Assembly: GCA_964476835.1 (NCBI GenBank)
Contig: CAYZCE010000002.1
Span: forward strand, 2,532 to 66,531
Source of the DNA: an uncultured Rhodospirillaceae bacterium
Lineage (GTDB): Bacteria; Pseudomonadota; Alphaproteobacteria; Micavibrionales; UBA2020
DNA length: 64,000 nucleotides
Direction: 5' to 3'
Below are positions 60,325 through 64,000 of this stretch, in pieces (position 1 is the stretch's first letter; every line of letters starts with the position of its first letter). The position numbers and the translations under genes are program-made. Below the pieces are notes generated by a model. That model worked only from the letters and a program-made list of their open reading frames with translations, did not search any database and was not told the origin of the DNA.

Positions 60325-61689
60325 TTACACGCCGCTCTGCCAGCCGCCGCCGACGGCCTTGTAAAGGCTGATCGCCGCCGTCATGCGGTCGAGCCGCGCC
60401 GTGACCAGCGCGTCGCGTGCGGAAAGCAGGCTGCGCTCGGCATCCAGCAGCGTCAGGTAATCCGTCGCGCCCGCGCGGTAGCGGGCGTCGGCGATGCTAT
60501 AGGCCTTCTCGGCGGATTGCGTGGCGGCGGCATAGGCTTTCTCGCGCACGCCGGCGCTTTCCACGGCGGTGAGCGCATCTTCCACTTCACGGAAGGCCGT
60601 CAGCACGGTCTTGCGGTAGGTTTCGGCCAATTCCTGCTGCCGTGCCTTGACGCGCGCGAGGTCGGCCGACAGCGACGGCCTGAACAAGGGCGCCGACAGC
60701 GAGGCCGCGATATCCAGCGCCGCAACCGCCGGATTGGTGAGCGGCGACACCCCGATGCTCGGCGCCAGCCCGATATTGACAGAGGGGAAGAAAGCCGCGC
60801 GCGCCACGCCGATGTCGGCATTGGCCGCGATCAGCGCCGCTTCCGCCGAGCGGATGTCCGGACGGCGCTGCAGCAGCGACGACGGCTGGCCGGGCGCGAC
60901 ATCCGGGACTTTCAGCGTATCGAGCGAGAGGGCTTGCGTCTTCACGCCGCCCGGCGGCTGGCCGAGCAGCAGGCTGAGCGCGTTCATTTCCGCCGCCAGG
61001 CTGTTTTGCAGGCCCGCCACGCCGGCATCGGCGTTGGATAGCGCCGTCTTTTGCTGTTCGACCTCAAGTGCGGAGGTCGCGCCCTCCTGATGGCGCGTTT
61101 CCAGCAGGTCGAGCGTGCGCGCCAGCAGCTTGCGGTTATCCTGCGCGACAGTCAGGCGGCTTTTCAGCGCCAATACGTTGGCGTAGGTGGTGCCGACGTC
61201 CGCCGACGTCACCAACGCCAGCGCGGCTTGGTCATAGATGCTGCCCGCCAGCGCGGCTTCCGCCGAGGTCAGGGCAGCGCGGTTGCGGCCGAAGAGGTCG
61301 ACCTCATAACTGACGTCGACGCCTGCGCGCGCCGAAGGCGTGTAAGACATCTTGCCGCTTCCCTGCTTGCTGAAACTACCGGTCAGGCCGCCGGAGAGGT
61401 CCGCTGTTGGCCACAGGGAAGCATCCGCGACTTGCGCCGACGCGCGCGCCTGTTCGACGCGGTGGATGCCAGCGCGCAGGTCGAGGTTCTGCTTCAAGGC
61501 CTGCGCCTCGAGCGTCGTCAGCTCGGGACTGCCGAAACGTCCCCACCATTGCGAAAGATCTTCGCCCGGCTGCGTCGGGGCGTTCTGCCATTGCGCCGGC
61601 ACCGCCACGGCGGGGCGCTGGTACTGCGGCGACAACGCGCAGGCCGAAAGCGACAGGAGAGCGGCGAGGATCGCGGTTTTCTTCATCAT
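60325..61689 (-). CDS. Efflux outer-membrane factor lipoprotein (NodT/OprM family)
   Basis: 454 aa. It has the lipobox LLSLSAC and a duplicated OEP domain. It ends ...LYKAVGGGW. Confidence 0.9.
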   Translation of the reverse strand: MMKKTAILAALLSLSACALSPQYQRPAVAVPAQWQNAPTQPGEDLSQWWGRFGSPELTTLEAQALKQNLDLRAGIHRVEQARASAQVADASLWPTADLSGGLTGSFSKQGSGKMSYTPSARAGVDVSYEVDLFGRNRAALTSAEAALAGSIYDQAALALVTSADVGTTYANVLALKSRLTVAQDNRKLLARTLDLLETRHQEGATSALEVEQQKTALSNADAGVAGLQNSLAAEMNALSLLLGQPPGGVKTQALSLDTLKVPDVAPGQPSSLLQRRPDIRSAEAALIAANADIGVARAAFFPSVNIGLAPSIGVSPLTNPAVAALDIAASLSAPLFRPSLSADLARVKARQQELAETYRKTVLTAFREVEDALTAVESAGVREKAYAAATQSAEKAYSIADARYRAGATDYLTLLDAERSLLSARDALVTARLDRMTAAISLYKAVGGGWQSGV

Positions 61690-61692
61690 GAC

Positions 61693-63629
<1,937 letters not shown>

Positions 63630-63633
<4 letters not shown>

Positions 63634-64000
63634 AAGCGCGGCCCTCCGCGGAAGCCGCCGCCTGAAGCCGGTTTCGCCGTCGCCGCGACCGCAGCGGGCA
63701 GGACGATCTTGTCGCCGACCTTCAATCCGTCCTTCACTTCCGCCATCGTGCGGTCGCTGACGCCGGTATGGATCACGCGCTCTTCCGGTCTGCCGCCTTC
63801 GACGGCGACCTTGACGATATAGGCGTTGTCCTCGCCCTCCTTGCGGCGCGTCAGGGCCTCGACGGGGATCAGGGGCACACCGGTCGCGGCGCCGGAGGTG
63901 AAGAACACCTGCGTGCTCATACCGCTCATCAGCGCGCGGTCCTTGTTCTCGGCGTCGACCAGCACGTCATAGAGCACGACGTCGTTGATGACCTCCGGCG
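63630..64000 (-). CDS. macA: MacA-type periplasmic adaptor (HlyD/RND MFP family), C-terminal part; the gene continues beyond the right edge
   Basis: The C-terminal beta-barrel/MP region pattern is IPVEAL.......Y.V.V......EER.I.TG.SD....EV..GLK.GD.IV. It overlaps the macB start by 4 nt. The internal Met at 63977 is not the true start. Confidence 0.8.

Overview
This is a high-GC chromosomal segment that looks alphaproteobacterial. The evidence is an hdaA-type DnaA regulator, a DUF465 gene and EcfG-type GGAAC..CGTT promoters. I can support about 55 protein genes, one tRNA-Gln(UUG), one clear pseudogene, several rho-independent terminators and one hairpin-rich intergenic repeat. No CRISPR array, rRNA, transposase or integrase was recognised.

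Most of the window is housekeeping:
- pip, leuA, cdd, pfk, hdaA, ndk, alaS, slt, udg, ETF-QO, ispE, metF-metH
- a DD-carboxypeptidase, an NhaP-type antiporter and a MacAB-OMF efflux operon

Three stretches look accessory or unusual:
1. 28.8-35.6 kb lies next to tRNA-Gln. It holds an AT-rich orphan gene with a HEPN-like RxxxxH motif, an Omp25-like barrel, a GT4 + PIG-L deacetylase pair and a 1134-aa autotransporter.
2. 35.7-44.5 kb is a stress and signalling cluster. It holds an ECF sigma, an OmpR-type regulator, a hybrid kinase, a CheB-CheR-PAS-kinase-receiver megaprotein, and CsbD and DUF883 genes. Several small genes here are preceded by general-stress (EcfG-type) promoter motifs.
3. 44.2-50.4 kb starts with a decayed AT-rich patch containing a frameshifted acetyl-CoA-hydrolase-like pseudogene. 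Three large uncharacterised genes follow: a DUF4116-repeat protein, a nucleotidyltransferase-like/NDK-like fusion, and a convergent LPS-kinase-like protein.

That three-gene block is my best candidate for an undescribed system. Its function is pure inference from short motifs.

All calls come from reading the supplied ORF translations and the DNA by eye. No database search was run.
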